DNA of 60,873 nucleotides, the filler included. It is 12 parts of 12 records of this genome, joined end to end, with 100 filler letters (N's around TTAATTAATTAA, not from the genome) between each part and the next. Parts side by side here need not be neighbours in the genome. Positions count along the whole stretch, not along the records: positions 8,935 to 12,448 come from SRR15195285_3916; positions 12,549 to 18,591 come from SRR15195285_3923; positions 18,692 to 22,719 come from SRR15195285_3932; positions 22,820 to 28,238 come from SRR15195285_3936; 8 more parts are not named here. One strand, given 5' to 3'. Below the pieces are notes generated by a model that searched no databases, had not been told where the DNA came from, and saw nothing but the letters and a program-made list of their open reading frames with translations. A program made the translations under genes and the position numbers. Positions 11,429 through 23,032 of this stretch are shown here, piece after piece (position 1 is the stretch's first letter; each line of letters starts with the position of its first letter).

Positions 11429-12448
11429 TTACCCTGTCTTACCAAGTGCCCCCATCAACCTACGCTCTTGTTCTGATATTTCCAGCATGGCCGCGTCCGC
11501 TTCTGACATCGACAATGACGATGACGATGTCGATGACGGCGATGGCGACAGCAACGATGGCATTGGTTGCGAAGTTCTGCCCGCAACCAATCGCCGTGGT
11601 CTTCGAAGCACCCAGCTGACAGATCTACGACCACGCAGACCTTGCATGCGCTGGACCGCTGCGGCTTCTAGTCCTTTCGCTCTTTTCGAGTTGCTGCCAA
11701 TCGGTGCACCATCTACTGCAATCACCTCGTCTCCAGGCCTAATCCCCACAGCGCTGGCATTATGATTGAGTGGAGCTGTCACCACCGCAATCAGACCACC
11801 GCGCACACCATACGCAAGCCGCGGCGTATCACAGCCGCGAAGAGTGACAGCGTAACGCCCTGCAAATGGTTCGTCGGCATTGGTTACGTTCTCGTCGTCT
11901 CTTTCCAGTAGTTTCTCCTGCTGTCTCTGCTCGCGTCGTGCTTGTTTCTCCTCTTCCTTCTCGCGAGCTTTGCACGCTTTGAGGTCCTGTTCACAGCCAT
12001 GATGAAAAACGAAAGAAGGTTGATGCATACTTTTTCAGACCAACTGTATCAGACAAAGTAAGAAGTCTACCGGTTCACGACAGCTAACAGCAAGTCGCCC
12101 ACCAATCTCAGTCTGTGGTTCAAATCACACCTGATGGAATGCTTCGCGCTGCTTGTTCCGCACTCTGTCCTCTGCTCGGAGCCGGTGTGCTGACAATTCT
12201 GAAAGAGTTACGGTTCCACTGCAATCGACATCCACCTCGTCAAACATCTGGCGCAGCAGCTCGCGATCCAGTTCGTCCTCACAGTCTTCGCCCCCTTCCT
12301 CGACAGCTGCCAGCTGAGCCACCTCCACGTACTCCTCTGTCAGTATCGCGTACACCGTTTTGCATATCAGTTTCTGACCTTCCTCAGATTTACTGGCTGG
12401 AAACACGTATACTGTTCGATACGCACCGAAGGTTAGCTCCTCTTCGTC
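11429..12448 (-). CDS. EF-hand + PDZ-like protein, partial, spliced
   Basis: EF-hand LLRQMFDEVDVDCSGTVTLSEL (~12200-12260) and PDZ-like ASAVGIRPGDEVIAVDG in the last exon; exon joins not resolved. Confidence 0.55.
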
Positions 12449-12548
12449 NNNNNNNNNNNNNNNNNNNNNNNNNNNNNNNNNNNNNNNNNNNNTTAATTAA
12501 TTAANNNNNNNNNNNNNNNNNNNNNNNNNNNNNNNNNNNNNNNNNNNN

Positions 12549-14328
12549 AGCCAGTGCAGCCAGTGCAGCCAGTGCAGCGACAAGAGCCAGAGGTGCGATT
12601 ACCGCAACCGTCGCCGCTGCACCAGCCGCAGCCACCGCAACCCCAAGGGCCGATCTATCATCCACACGAGCACGAAAATGGTATGCTGGAATTTACTTTT
12701 ATGGAGCCTGGACCTCTGGGCATCACATTTGGAGATGTGGCAGTCCGGTGCGTACCGCGATTGATCCTGCAAGTGGCTATTAGTAGTGGGCTGATTCTCA
12801 CGAACGTACTTGGATTTCTACATGGTTTGGGATATGGCCAGGCCCGATCTGGTGGGCAACGATGAGCATGGCACTCGGTCACCAGATGTGGTGGTAATAA
12901 GCAGCATTCGGCCAGGTTCGCCAGCGTCTAGACAAGTTGGGCTTATGCCAGGGCTGCTGCTTGAGAGTGTGCAGGTGCGTGCGCGCGGGAAATAAGCTTA
13001 ACCCAGTTTTATCAGAGCCTGTCGTGGACTTCATCGCGTGTGGTAATGCGCGCTAGGGCGAGCCAGTGGATCGTATGGAATTCTCGGAAATTTTGGGAGT
13101 GATCAAAGTATCATCGAGACCTCTGAGACTGCGCTTGCGCCCAGTCGACGGAGCGGGGCTGTGCTTCTCGCCAGTGAGCGACAGAGGGCAACGGGCGCTT
13201 GTTGATACAGGCTTTGCGGTGTGTTCTAGTTGTCACCTCATTTAGCTGCCATTGAACAACCTTTGAGTGCGTTGGAATGCGCTGCGTGGCGAAGGGTGAA
13301 ACGCCGAGAGTTACGCGAGTGTACGAGGCTGAGCAAACAAGAACTAGCGCAGCTATTGAACGAGTGTGGCGAAAGCACCAAGAGGAGTTGCCGGTCCCAG
13401 CGAGCCAGCACTTGCATCTGTCCATTCCCCGTGAAGAAAAAAGGCTCACCGTGAAGCGTGGTACTAGTGCTACGTCACAAGCTGCACAGCCGAAGAGTTG
13501 CAGCAACTGCCGAACAAGCACAAAGATGAAGCTGAATACACCATGGGAATGGTCATCGCTGTCCCGGCTGTCATTAATCGTCGGGCTGAGGTACGTCGAC
13601 GTGTCCTCTATCCTCCACTTTGCAAAAAGTTTGCCGACTATTTACGAGTCAGCGTGGTCTGAGGAACCAGATTGTCGAATGCTGTGACTACGTTGTGCGG
13701 TGGCTGGCACTGTAGCATCTGGTGGATCTGGCTCACAGAGCTCTACTCGCGACTTGTCAATCCAGCACCTTCGCGGACCGAAATTCCGGAACGGCACACA
13801 AACGGTGCGACAGAGGCACACACAGAACGAACTGAGGGTGATGCGTCTAGTGGAGTCAAGTTTGTATCGTTTGTATTCAAACGCCAAGCTCCGTTGGGAT
13901 TGGTTTTCGGAGAAATAGATGCTGCACTGTGCTGGGAGGTGGAAGGTAATTTCCCAACTAGTCAGCACGCCGACCACAGCTCTAGGGGAAGGGCGACTGT
14001 CGTCTCATTGGTGAGACACGGCAGCGAAGCTGACGAGCTCGGAGTCCGCCCTGGTACTACCTGCATCGAATGATTCGATAGACCATGATGTGGCATTTTT
14101 GCACTGGGAGTTGCGAATTGTAATGCTAACCAACACTTATTCATCGGAGCAGGTATGCTGCTGCACAGCGTTGGTGACCATCTTGTTGAGACCGGCGCTG
14201 AAAGTTGTGTGGACGACGGAGACTACGACGACGAAGGAGCTGCTCTTGCCGTTGGGTTTGATGATGCCTTGCAATTGATTCGGGCAGCGGACCGGCCGGT
14301 CACTTTGCGGTTCATTGCTGATAGCTGA
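12549..14328 (+). CDS. Tandem PDZ-like domain protein, 5'-truncated, multi-exon
   Basis: FTFMEPGPLGITF...VISSIRPGSPASRQVGLMPGLLLESVQ|GEPV...RPLRLRL and FVFKRQAPLGLVF...VRHGSEADELGVRPG|MLLHSVG...ADRPVTLRFIADS*; GT-AG junctions at the breaks. Confidence 0.65.
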
Positions 14329-14448
14329 TCAAGTTCGTACCGTCCAACATTCCCGACGCGCTTTGTGGGTCTTCAGAAATGTGGTATGAAGTATGCCTCC
14401 TTTCAGCCTGAAAGTGTCATGGGTACACCACGAAGCACACATGCGACC

Positions 14449-17400
14449 TTATGGTTGTAGTTGTAGATCGCTACTCAGCTCGACACCCATCGTCTGAGCG
14501 ACATTGTCCAATGCATCCTACGCGCTCGCCGACAAGTGTGCAACCAACGACGCAGGCCAATGCCTAAATTTTAAGCAACGATCATGTGGACCGAATGACT
14601 GTGGCTATGGAGTCGGATACCTGCAGCTTGTTTGGGAGGTGATCCGTCAACATGTGGCTGGACACTGCGATTCGCTGGAACTCGTCTGCAACCACAATGA
14701 TGATAGTAAGGCCAGGGCCAAAGTAAATACTGGCTTGTGGATGGAGAGCAGATGCACTCGGACCGTTTGCTGCCCATTCAGGTTCAAGTCGGTGATGGCC
14801 GTGAGGCCCAAGGCGTCGCAAGAATAGAACCTTTCCTGGTGGAAGCATCTTGCGGTCTTCCAGCCACAGAGCTCCGTTCTGCATTCGGGATGCACGATGT
14901 TTCTCCAAATAGAGTCTGTGATCGTCGTCGGCGTGAATTCCTGTGTCCGTACCAACATGAGCGAGGTCTGGCTCGTTCACGATGGCTGAGGTGGGTCGCA
15001 GTCCGCATGAGGCCAGAGCAGCACCTGCAATGATCTGAACACAAGCATGTTGCAAGTCAAGGAACATTTACGTCGTAGGCAGATGCTAGTCACGCACGCT
15101 GTGCTTCGGCGCCTTGGAATGAGACAAGCATTCAATCATTTCATCTTTCAAGAGCTCCATCGATCGCATACTCAGTCGTCCAATGAAGTCCTCTCCAAGT
15201 ATCACAGATGTGATGTATTCCCGCTGTAGTATGCGAGGTGCATGTTGTCAACGCAAATCTAACGCGTGAGGTAGCGGTTGGGGGGTGGGTGTAATGTGGG
15301 TGCACAGAATCAGATGGAATCGACTGCACACCGTTGATATTGCGGCGTTCTCGCTCAGGAGCCCCCCGGGCGGCGAGAACGCGTAACAATGAATGCTCGG
15401 AAATTCCGGTCGGAGCATCATCGTGAGGAGGGCTGCCGTCCCAGCTCCTAGCGAATGTCCACATACCTGCGTGCAGTATACATCTTCTTACAGATGAGCC
15501 AATCCTACTGCCATGCAGGTCAAACCAAAGGTGGTGCGCTCTCACCACCAGGTCGAACCCTCTGCAGTCTTGCGATGCCGGATCAACGCATGCGGCATGG
15601 TCTGGGCATATGAAAGTTTTTGCACCATTCGCCCAGGTTAGCACGAGCACCACAATCAGATGTGCCGAATCATTCTCACCTGTGGGGACCTTGCCATCGT
15701 TTAAAAGCAGGGAGAGCAGGTTGTGTCCGTCCAAGTCTCCCTTAATGTTCCGTGCTGATTTGTACATGCCGTCATGAGCAAATTCTCCTGCGAGCCCTAG
15801 CGCGTCAAGACTTTCGTCATCAGCAATGCAGTCCGTCATGCAGTCCTGAATCGACAGCGTTCCGCGAATGGCTACCACGACCTTGCGGCGTACTGCGAGC
15901 CCGCGACCCACCCTGATGGTCAGCATGCAAGGTCGCGTGGTGCAAGCAAGTGGGTGCATATGTACCTATGTCGACGCAGATGTTGTACGCTGGCAACTCG
16001 ACCAAGTCATTCAGTGACATATAAACCAGCTCCTGTCCAGGGCAGACGAAACGCCTCAGTTGGTACTGTTGTGATCCCGGGACGTAGTGCCATACATGTG
16101 CTCACTGGCTGGTGTGCTGGACTCCAGAACTCGCCGAACGTCTTCAAAACTGCTGTTTGGTTGCAGCGGCAGCAGTTGTCCCCCTGCACGCCCAGGTTGC
16201 GCTTTGTGCATAAACATGAGCATCCCGCCTGCACACAAGGCGCAAGCTTTGACAGTGCACATGGGGCACAGATCAAGCCCTTGTGAGCGTGCCGAAATGC
16301 GTGCAGTAGCCAACCGTAAACCCCGAGCGCGAAGCGCATAAAGTACTGCAAGTCGCGCACAGCGCCGATGTCTGCTTGGACCTGCAAACCATTCAGCGAA
16401 CAACAGGCCGAAGATTGGAAAGTTGCACACCTGAACCAGCAGTAGATTGTCATGTTTTAGTGAGGCCATGGTGCTGTGAGACTCACGTGCTTACTGAGCA
16501 CATGGTTTGTGATGTGCCTACACGTACAGCAACACATCGGAGGAACGCAGCCACAACTGTGAGGACCGAGCGCTTCTGGCGCAACAAGAAAAGCAGTCCA
16601 ATTGCCGCGGTCCTCACCTCTGCAGTCCTTCTTCCAAGGTGCTCATTTGGGCATCCGCATCCTGCGCCCATTCCGGGGTCACGTATATCTCTACGTCGTC
16701 TTCGTCATCGTCGTCAAGAGCGGCTGCGACTGAGTCTGCCTCAGCAATTTTCTGTCTCTCGGCTTCCACTCCATCCGGAAGTGCTTCATGCTGCATTGTG
16801 TGCTCAGAGTCCGCACGTCCGTCGTGCTTGATCACTGTGCCTGTAGACATTTGCTTTTTGCTCGAGTGCACTTGAACTTGTGTACAAGATTCTGCCTGCA
16901 GCTGAGCCACGAGAACCAGCCCTGCGATAATGTCCGTCACGACCACATCCCATCCTGCAAAGTACTGGTGCAGCTCCTTTGCCACGACTTTGAAAACATC
17001 GTCGTCCACATCCTTACAAATATTGCAGCAACAACATTGCCGGAAGCTTGTCAGCCGTTGCATCAGATGTGCTTGCTCGGCCACATCTTTTTGAGTAGAC
17101 CCAGTGATACTACGCAAGCTTGTCATTGCGCTTGCCAGAGTGTCCCCGATTTCATTCTGGACCCGAACGGGACAGCCGCATCAACATGGACAACTTTCTA
17201 GTAGGTTGTGGCGAAAAAGGACGCAAAGCAATCTTCGCAAGCATTTCAGGACGGGCCTTGCCCGCAGGTGGCAACTGCTGCGGGGTGGCAGAAGACTCGC
17301 AACGGACCTGGGTTTTGTGCCCTCTTGAACCGCGGTAAAAAGTACATGAGCAGCACATTCCAACAAACAGGAATACCCTGCAGCAGCACCCGACTCGCTG

Positions 17401-18031
17401 CTTAGCTGGATTGAGCCGCTGCATACAGGTGGGAAGATGCGAGTACCTCACCATTGCATCACATTCACACAACGCAGCATCGTTTCGGCGTCTTGGTCGC
17501 ACGCTGCAGTCGGAGCCACCGCTAAGGACTTGCCCTCGGAGCCGCTCCCGGGGTCACCATCTGTGTCCTGTCAACACCAGTTTCCATGGTTCTCGGCTAT
17601 GGAACGCAAACCCAGGGCAGGCAAAGCGAAGCGTAGGGCGGGGAGGAACGTACGACGTCTCGAAGCTGCAAAGCTCCGTAGATAACGCAGCCAAGCTCCG
17701 CAACCCGAAGCGGCACTCCAGCTGCGAGCACATGTGCTACTCGAGAACGCGCTCTCGGCTGCAGCACGCCGCCCACGCCGGCCGCCTTGCACATTGTGAC
17801 AGAATGGACGAGCAATGCCCCGAAGACGATCAACGATGCCAGCGTATATCTGCCTAAGTCAGCGCAAGCCACAGAGGCTGTTGAGCCAAACAATAAATCG
17901 CCGTGAACGACTGTTGCAGTGACCAGGACCGCCGCGCCGCCAAGCCGCGCGACGAGGCTCAGGCACGAGGTCAGCACAAAATCGTCGCTGGCCACCAGCA
18001 GCCTGCGGCCCGCCAGGTGCATGTGCGGCAT
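14449..18031 (-). CDS. sn1-diacylglycerol lipase (DAGL alpha/beta-like; N-terminal TM region + Lipase_3), multi-exon
   Basis: N-terminus [20 protein letters not shown] resembles the DAGL start. Also [49 protein letters not shown], catalytic VCGHSLGAG (~15445-15470) and SHMLTDHLP. Confidence 0.88.
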
Positions 18032-19114
18032 CGTGAGCGCTGGCAAGAAGTCAGCGCGCCAGCGGTCGTGCGGCTCACATGACCTGCGCAGGTATGTGAG
18101 CCCTGGGCCACGAGCCTGAGTCACAGGCTAGGCGGCACTCATGACCTGCGCCACAGTGTGACTCGTCGTCCACCATTGGGCATGACGGTCGGGGTCAGAT
18201 ACACCGTGTATGATGCAGCAGTACACTGTACAGCTCCTTGACAAGGCCTCTGGCCTCGTCTCCGTAAACTCGATCAATGCGAGAACGTTGACGGTACCTC
18301 GGGTACTAGTAGGACTCCTACCAAGTTGCAAGTACCGTACCTCCCGGGTACTAGCTAGATCTAATCTACAGGCTGTAGTACCCAGGTACTGTACCGTGTA
18401 CCCTCTACGGAAGAACCAGTACGCAAAAGGCCAATTCTACATTCTTATCGCAACTTGATACTTGGAATACCAGACATTAGTCCATCATCGAAGAGCTGTA
18501 CAGCTGTTGCATCAAGGGCAGTGTTAAGCTATGTAGATTAGAGTTGTAATGTGAGTAGAGTACATACGCCGGATTGTATAGAATAGTAGTANNNNNNNNN
18601 NNNNNNNNNNNNNNNNNNNNNNNNNNNNNNNNNNNTTAATTAATTAANNNNNNNNNNNNNNNNNNNNNNNNNNNNNNNNNNNNNNNNNNNNATGCTGTTT
18701 AGAGATTGACTGATAGGGGATTCGGGCATTAGACGCATATAGCAACAACAACCACAAACCGCAGCCTCCCCATGGAGGCTCGACGACTCGGTTCTGAACC
18801 TTGAGTGCTATATGTGTGTTGCTTGCTCTTTTGCTTTTAATACACTCCGGCGCTTTATTGTACTATTCGAATAGTACTAGATCTAGTACTAGTACGTATG
18901 TAGCGCAGCGCACCCCCACCGTGGAACGGCGTGGATCCACCGTGGATCCAGCCAGATTATCAAAGATGAGCTCACCCTCGCGGCTCCCTCGAGGTCGCCC
19001 GCCCGCGGCGCGGGCATCGCAGTGCGGAGTGCCGGCGGCTCGTCCATCGCGGGTACTGGGGTATATATATCCGCTCTACAATATACCTGTACCGGTACAG
19101 TACATGTACATAGC

Positions 19115-20992
19115 ATGAGCCAGCGCGCGCCGTGCGGGGCGTCTCGAGTAGCGCTATACACTGCACCTGGGTGGCCAGAGCGCTGTAAGCTTCGAGTATG
19201 GCTGATGTGGACGCAGTCGCAGTGGTCGACGAGGCGGTTGAGGTGGCACAGGAGCCGGCCGCCCCACTCCTGGTGCGGCTTTGCAATTACATTGTCCAGC
19301 AGCCGTTTGCGCGCTGCGGAATCACGCACTGGCTGTGTCTCCACGCACGCAGGGAGCGCTGCACACGCGTGCCCTCGGAACGAAGTTCACTACTGAAATC
19401 GAGGCGGAAATTGCAGAGCTCGCAGCTGGCTGGCCTGAGCTGATTTCACTAGGCTCCGGCGACCCCGACCTCGACACGCCAGCTCACATCCGCGCTGCGG
19501 CTGCGGCGGCTATCGAAGACGGTGCAACGCACTACACGCCGCATAATGGGCTGCCAGAGTTGCGTGCCGCGATATCCAACTATCTTAATACGTCACTTGG
19601 GCTGGTGTACGCGCCGGACGAGATCTGTACGACCAGTGGCGTTCAGGAGGCGCTTATGGTCGCGATGCTCGCGCTGGTCGGTCCAGGAGATGAGATCCTG
19701 TGCCCAGTGCCCACCTACAGCGTTTATTTGCAACAGGCAGCGCTCCTTGGGGCGACGATTGTTGAAGTTCCTTGCGAGCCAGAAGATGACTTCATCATGA
19801 CGCCTGAAAACGTGGAAAAGCTCATCACGCCGAGAACGAAAGTTCTCATCCACATGTCGCCAAATAATCCAACCGGAGCGGGTGAGCACATCAGTGTGCA
19901 CGTGTTGCTTTGCTGCCGGCGTACAATGTTTGCAGCAGCAGAGCTTTGGATCCTGCTTGCTCTTTATGGCCTACCCGCTGAATCTGGATGTCGCCCTGTA
20001 CTTAGTTACCCCACCGGAGACTGTGAAGGCGCTGGCTGACTTGGCGATAAAGTACAATCTTGTGGTGATGTCAGATGAGATCTACGCGGACCAGATGTAG
20101 GCGAAGCCAAGCGTGAGAGTAGTGTAAGTGGCAATTTACTGACCGTAGATCTCGGCCTTCGGCAGGTACGATGGACACAAACACGTCAGTATTGGCACCA
20201 TGCCAGGAATGCGCGACCGGACGATCATCCTGCACGGTACGTCTAAGGCGTATGCGATGACTGGGTGGCGCGTCGGGTATCTTGCTGCCCCAAGAGAGTT
20301 TATCTCAAAGGTGCGTCACGTCAAAGCATTGCGCGGTGGCTCTCAACCACTTTGTATAACCGAGGTTCGCGCGCGCAACCGTGACAGGCCGGTCTAATTG
20401 CTGGCCAGCTATCGCTGTCGGTCTCGGCACCATCACAGCACGCCGCGCTGGCCGCGTACACCGGCCCTCAAGAGGTGATCCAGGAAATGGTCGACATATA
20501 TGCAGAGCGGCGTACGTACATGTTTGATCGGCTGAAGAGGCTTGGGTTCAAGATTTATGGCGGTGAGTACCCAGGATCGCGACTTATGGCTTCTGCTGCC
20601 GCCGTGCCTGCGTTGCCTCGTCCAGAAGTGTGTAATCGATGGCGTGTCTGGTATGCATCCAGGGAATGGCGGGTACATGTGCTGGGTAGATATCACAGCT
20701 GGGTCTGGGCAGACAGCCTTGGAATTCCAACGTGGGCTGCTGAAGGTCGCAGGCGTACAGCTTGGTGCGAGATACTCTACAGAAGACTGCATTTGCCGTA
20801 GGAATGTCGACATAATACTGAGTTCGGCTGCGTTTGATGGTCACAGGCGGAAGCGGTTGGAATGACAAGACAGGTCGGTTTATGCGCCTGTCTTTTCTGA
20901 CACCGATGGACAAAATAGTTGAGGCGTTCGATGCCATCGAGACGTACACAAAGTCACTGAACTACACGCAAGAACCGAATGCCAAGCTCTGA
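19115..20992 (+). CDS. PLP-dependent class I/II aminotransferase (AspC/AlaT-like), multi-exon; start uncertain
   Basis: [55 protein letters not shown] (PLP lysine), FMRLSF; ends ...EPNAKL*. At least five GT-AG introns. Confidence 0.9.
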
Positions 20993-21330
20993 GTCTTTGG
21001 CGAAAGGAATCGTTGGCCTGTGCAGCATAACCAGTGAGGCCGGCGAATTCAATGTGCGGGTAAATATGAGGAGGCGAGCACGTTCGAATGAATGTCGTAG
21101 AATTTAAACACAGTACTGCATTGCTCGGAGTGACTGCCCGTGGTTAAGCAGCCGTGTTATAGATGCAACACAGTCAAGCTTTACCAAGAGCGCGCAACCG
21201 CCCTGCTCTCTCTGTTTGGCCTACTTGTTCTGCGGCCGTAGCGAGAACTTCACAGGCTGTAGCGGACGGGGCGTTCCCTGCAACACGACAACAAAATGGA
21301 TTGAGGATGCAAAGCGCAGATGCTCGCATA

Positions 21331-22340
21331 TCAAGCTACGAGCTGTGAGACCACAGCATATTGCACATGGCGAGAGCCCTGCGCACCATTGTCAGCAGCT
21401 GCAACGAGCACCTTCTCAAGCTTTCTCAACGGAATTCCGTACTGCTCCTCCTCCGGTTCTGCCTCCGCGTCCGTCTCGGCATCACCGTTTGCGCCCTCGT
21501 CCGACGCTTCCTCGTCCCCACCTGCAGCTGCGGAGGCAAGCCTCTCAGCAGCCTCGCGCTTGCCCGCTGATACCGCAGCAGCCTGCACCACCGCATCTAC
21601 TGAAGCTTGTGGTACCACTATCTGAGCGTGCGCCGCGCCCTCGAGCAGTGACAGTGCCTCCACAACCCGTGGGCCCTCTGCGCTGTCCTCCAGCAGCGAG
21701 GCGATCACTACGGCGTACTCATCGGCCGAAGGCCAGACGCGCAGGTGCCGATGAAAATTGAGCACGTGCGCGCCAATATCTGCGCGCCCGGACCGTAGGC
21801 ACGCGCCGACCGTCGCTGCTGCAGTCTCCTGTGTCAGCGGGATAGCGTTGGCACGGTAAGTCTTCATCGTGGCGAAGGCAGCGTCGAGATCAGCCTCGTC
21901 CTCGATGCGTCCAAGGGCAGTCTCCAAGTCTGAGACACGAACGGACAAATCAGCTGGCGGTGCAGCGAGCACGAGTGCTGAACTAGCGACAGAACCTTAC
22001 CAGCGCGTGAGGGTACGTGGAACGCCGCGAAGCGTTGCTGCAACCAGTCGAACGAGGAGGCGGCATCAGCGCCATCGGGCAGCCTGAAAACGTACACACG
22101 CACAGTCAAGCGGAGGGCGTCCAAACGCGACTGCGGCGAGACCTCGCAAACCCATACTTGCCGAACGCTTGGGTACCCGCCTCACCTGCCAGCCAGAGGT
22201 TCCGGCACCGCAGCACCATCCGTCCCCGACAGCTGCCGCCGCTGCGGCGCCAGCGGCGCCACCCGACACAGCACGGCAGCCCGCCGGCACACAGCCGCCC
22301 CCACGCAGCGCCGACGCGCTGCCACCGCGGGCCGAAGCAT
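21331..22340 (-). CDS. Putative mitochondrion-targeted helical-repeat (PPR/mS27-like) protein, ~3 exons
   Basis: ATG 22340 gives an Arg/Ala-rich presequence-like MLRPAVAARRRCVGAAVCRRAA...RRQLS. Later exon TAAATVGACLRSGRADIGAHVLNFHRHLRVWPS looks PPR-like. Confidence 0.45.
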
Positions 22341-23032
22341 GCTCCTCCCCCCGTGCTACGGCCAACAGCAGCAGCAGGGCCAGCCCTGCAGCCTGCAGCC
22401 TGCAGCAGCGCCGGTGGCTCCGGCTCAAGCGCCGGTGGCTCACAGGCTGGGTTGGATTCGCGTGGAACGCTCGGAAAACTCACTGAGATGCGAGAAATAC
22501 ATGTATTAACTGTACAGTTGTGGCACTGCACATGATGCGCTACTCGGCAAACGCTAGAGATGTGCACATGTTGCGAGCACTGGGGCGGCGGGTTATTGGC
22601 GAGGCGGTGAAGGCACACGATCGCGGAATCAAGGTAGCGCTGGCGGCAGTCCTGGGGCAGTATGAGGTGAAGCCAGCCAGTCAGGGAGGTATGAGTCGGC
22701 TGGGGTTAGCCGAGGGGGGNNNNNNNNNNNNNNNNNNNNNNNNNNNNNNNNNNNNNNNNNNNNTTAATTAATTAANNNNNNNNNNNNNNNNNNNNNNNNN
22801 NNNNNNNNNNNNNNNNNNNGGGGGGGGTCGGCCCCCCTGCTGCCTGTCTAGCTTGGTGGTCTGGCTGGGCTTCTGCTTGTTCTGTGCTGGGGGTCTTCTT
22901 CCGGTCTGTCTGGGCATTAGACGGCTATGAGGTTGTGGCTCTCGCTGGACGAGCGTCGGATGTGAAGGGCCTCCGCGGGGGCAGGGCGAGGCGGGGCCGA
23001 TCGCTCTCCCACGGGGTTGGCTTGGCTAGGGG

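Noticed and set aside
5845-20992. Apparent lipid-signalling cluster (LPCAT, N-acyl synthase-like, DAG lipase, aminotransferase)
   Set aside because: The four genes lie on four different contigs separated by spacers, so their adjacency is an artefact of concatenation.
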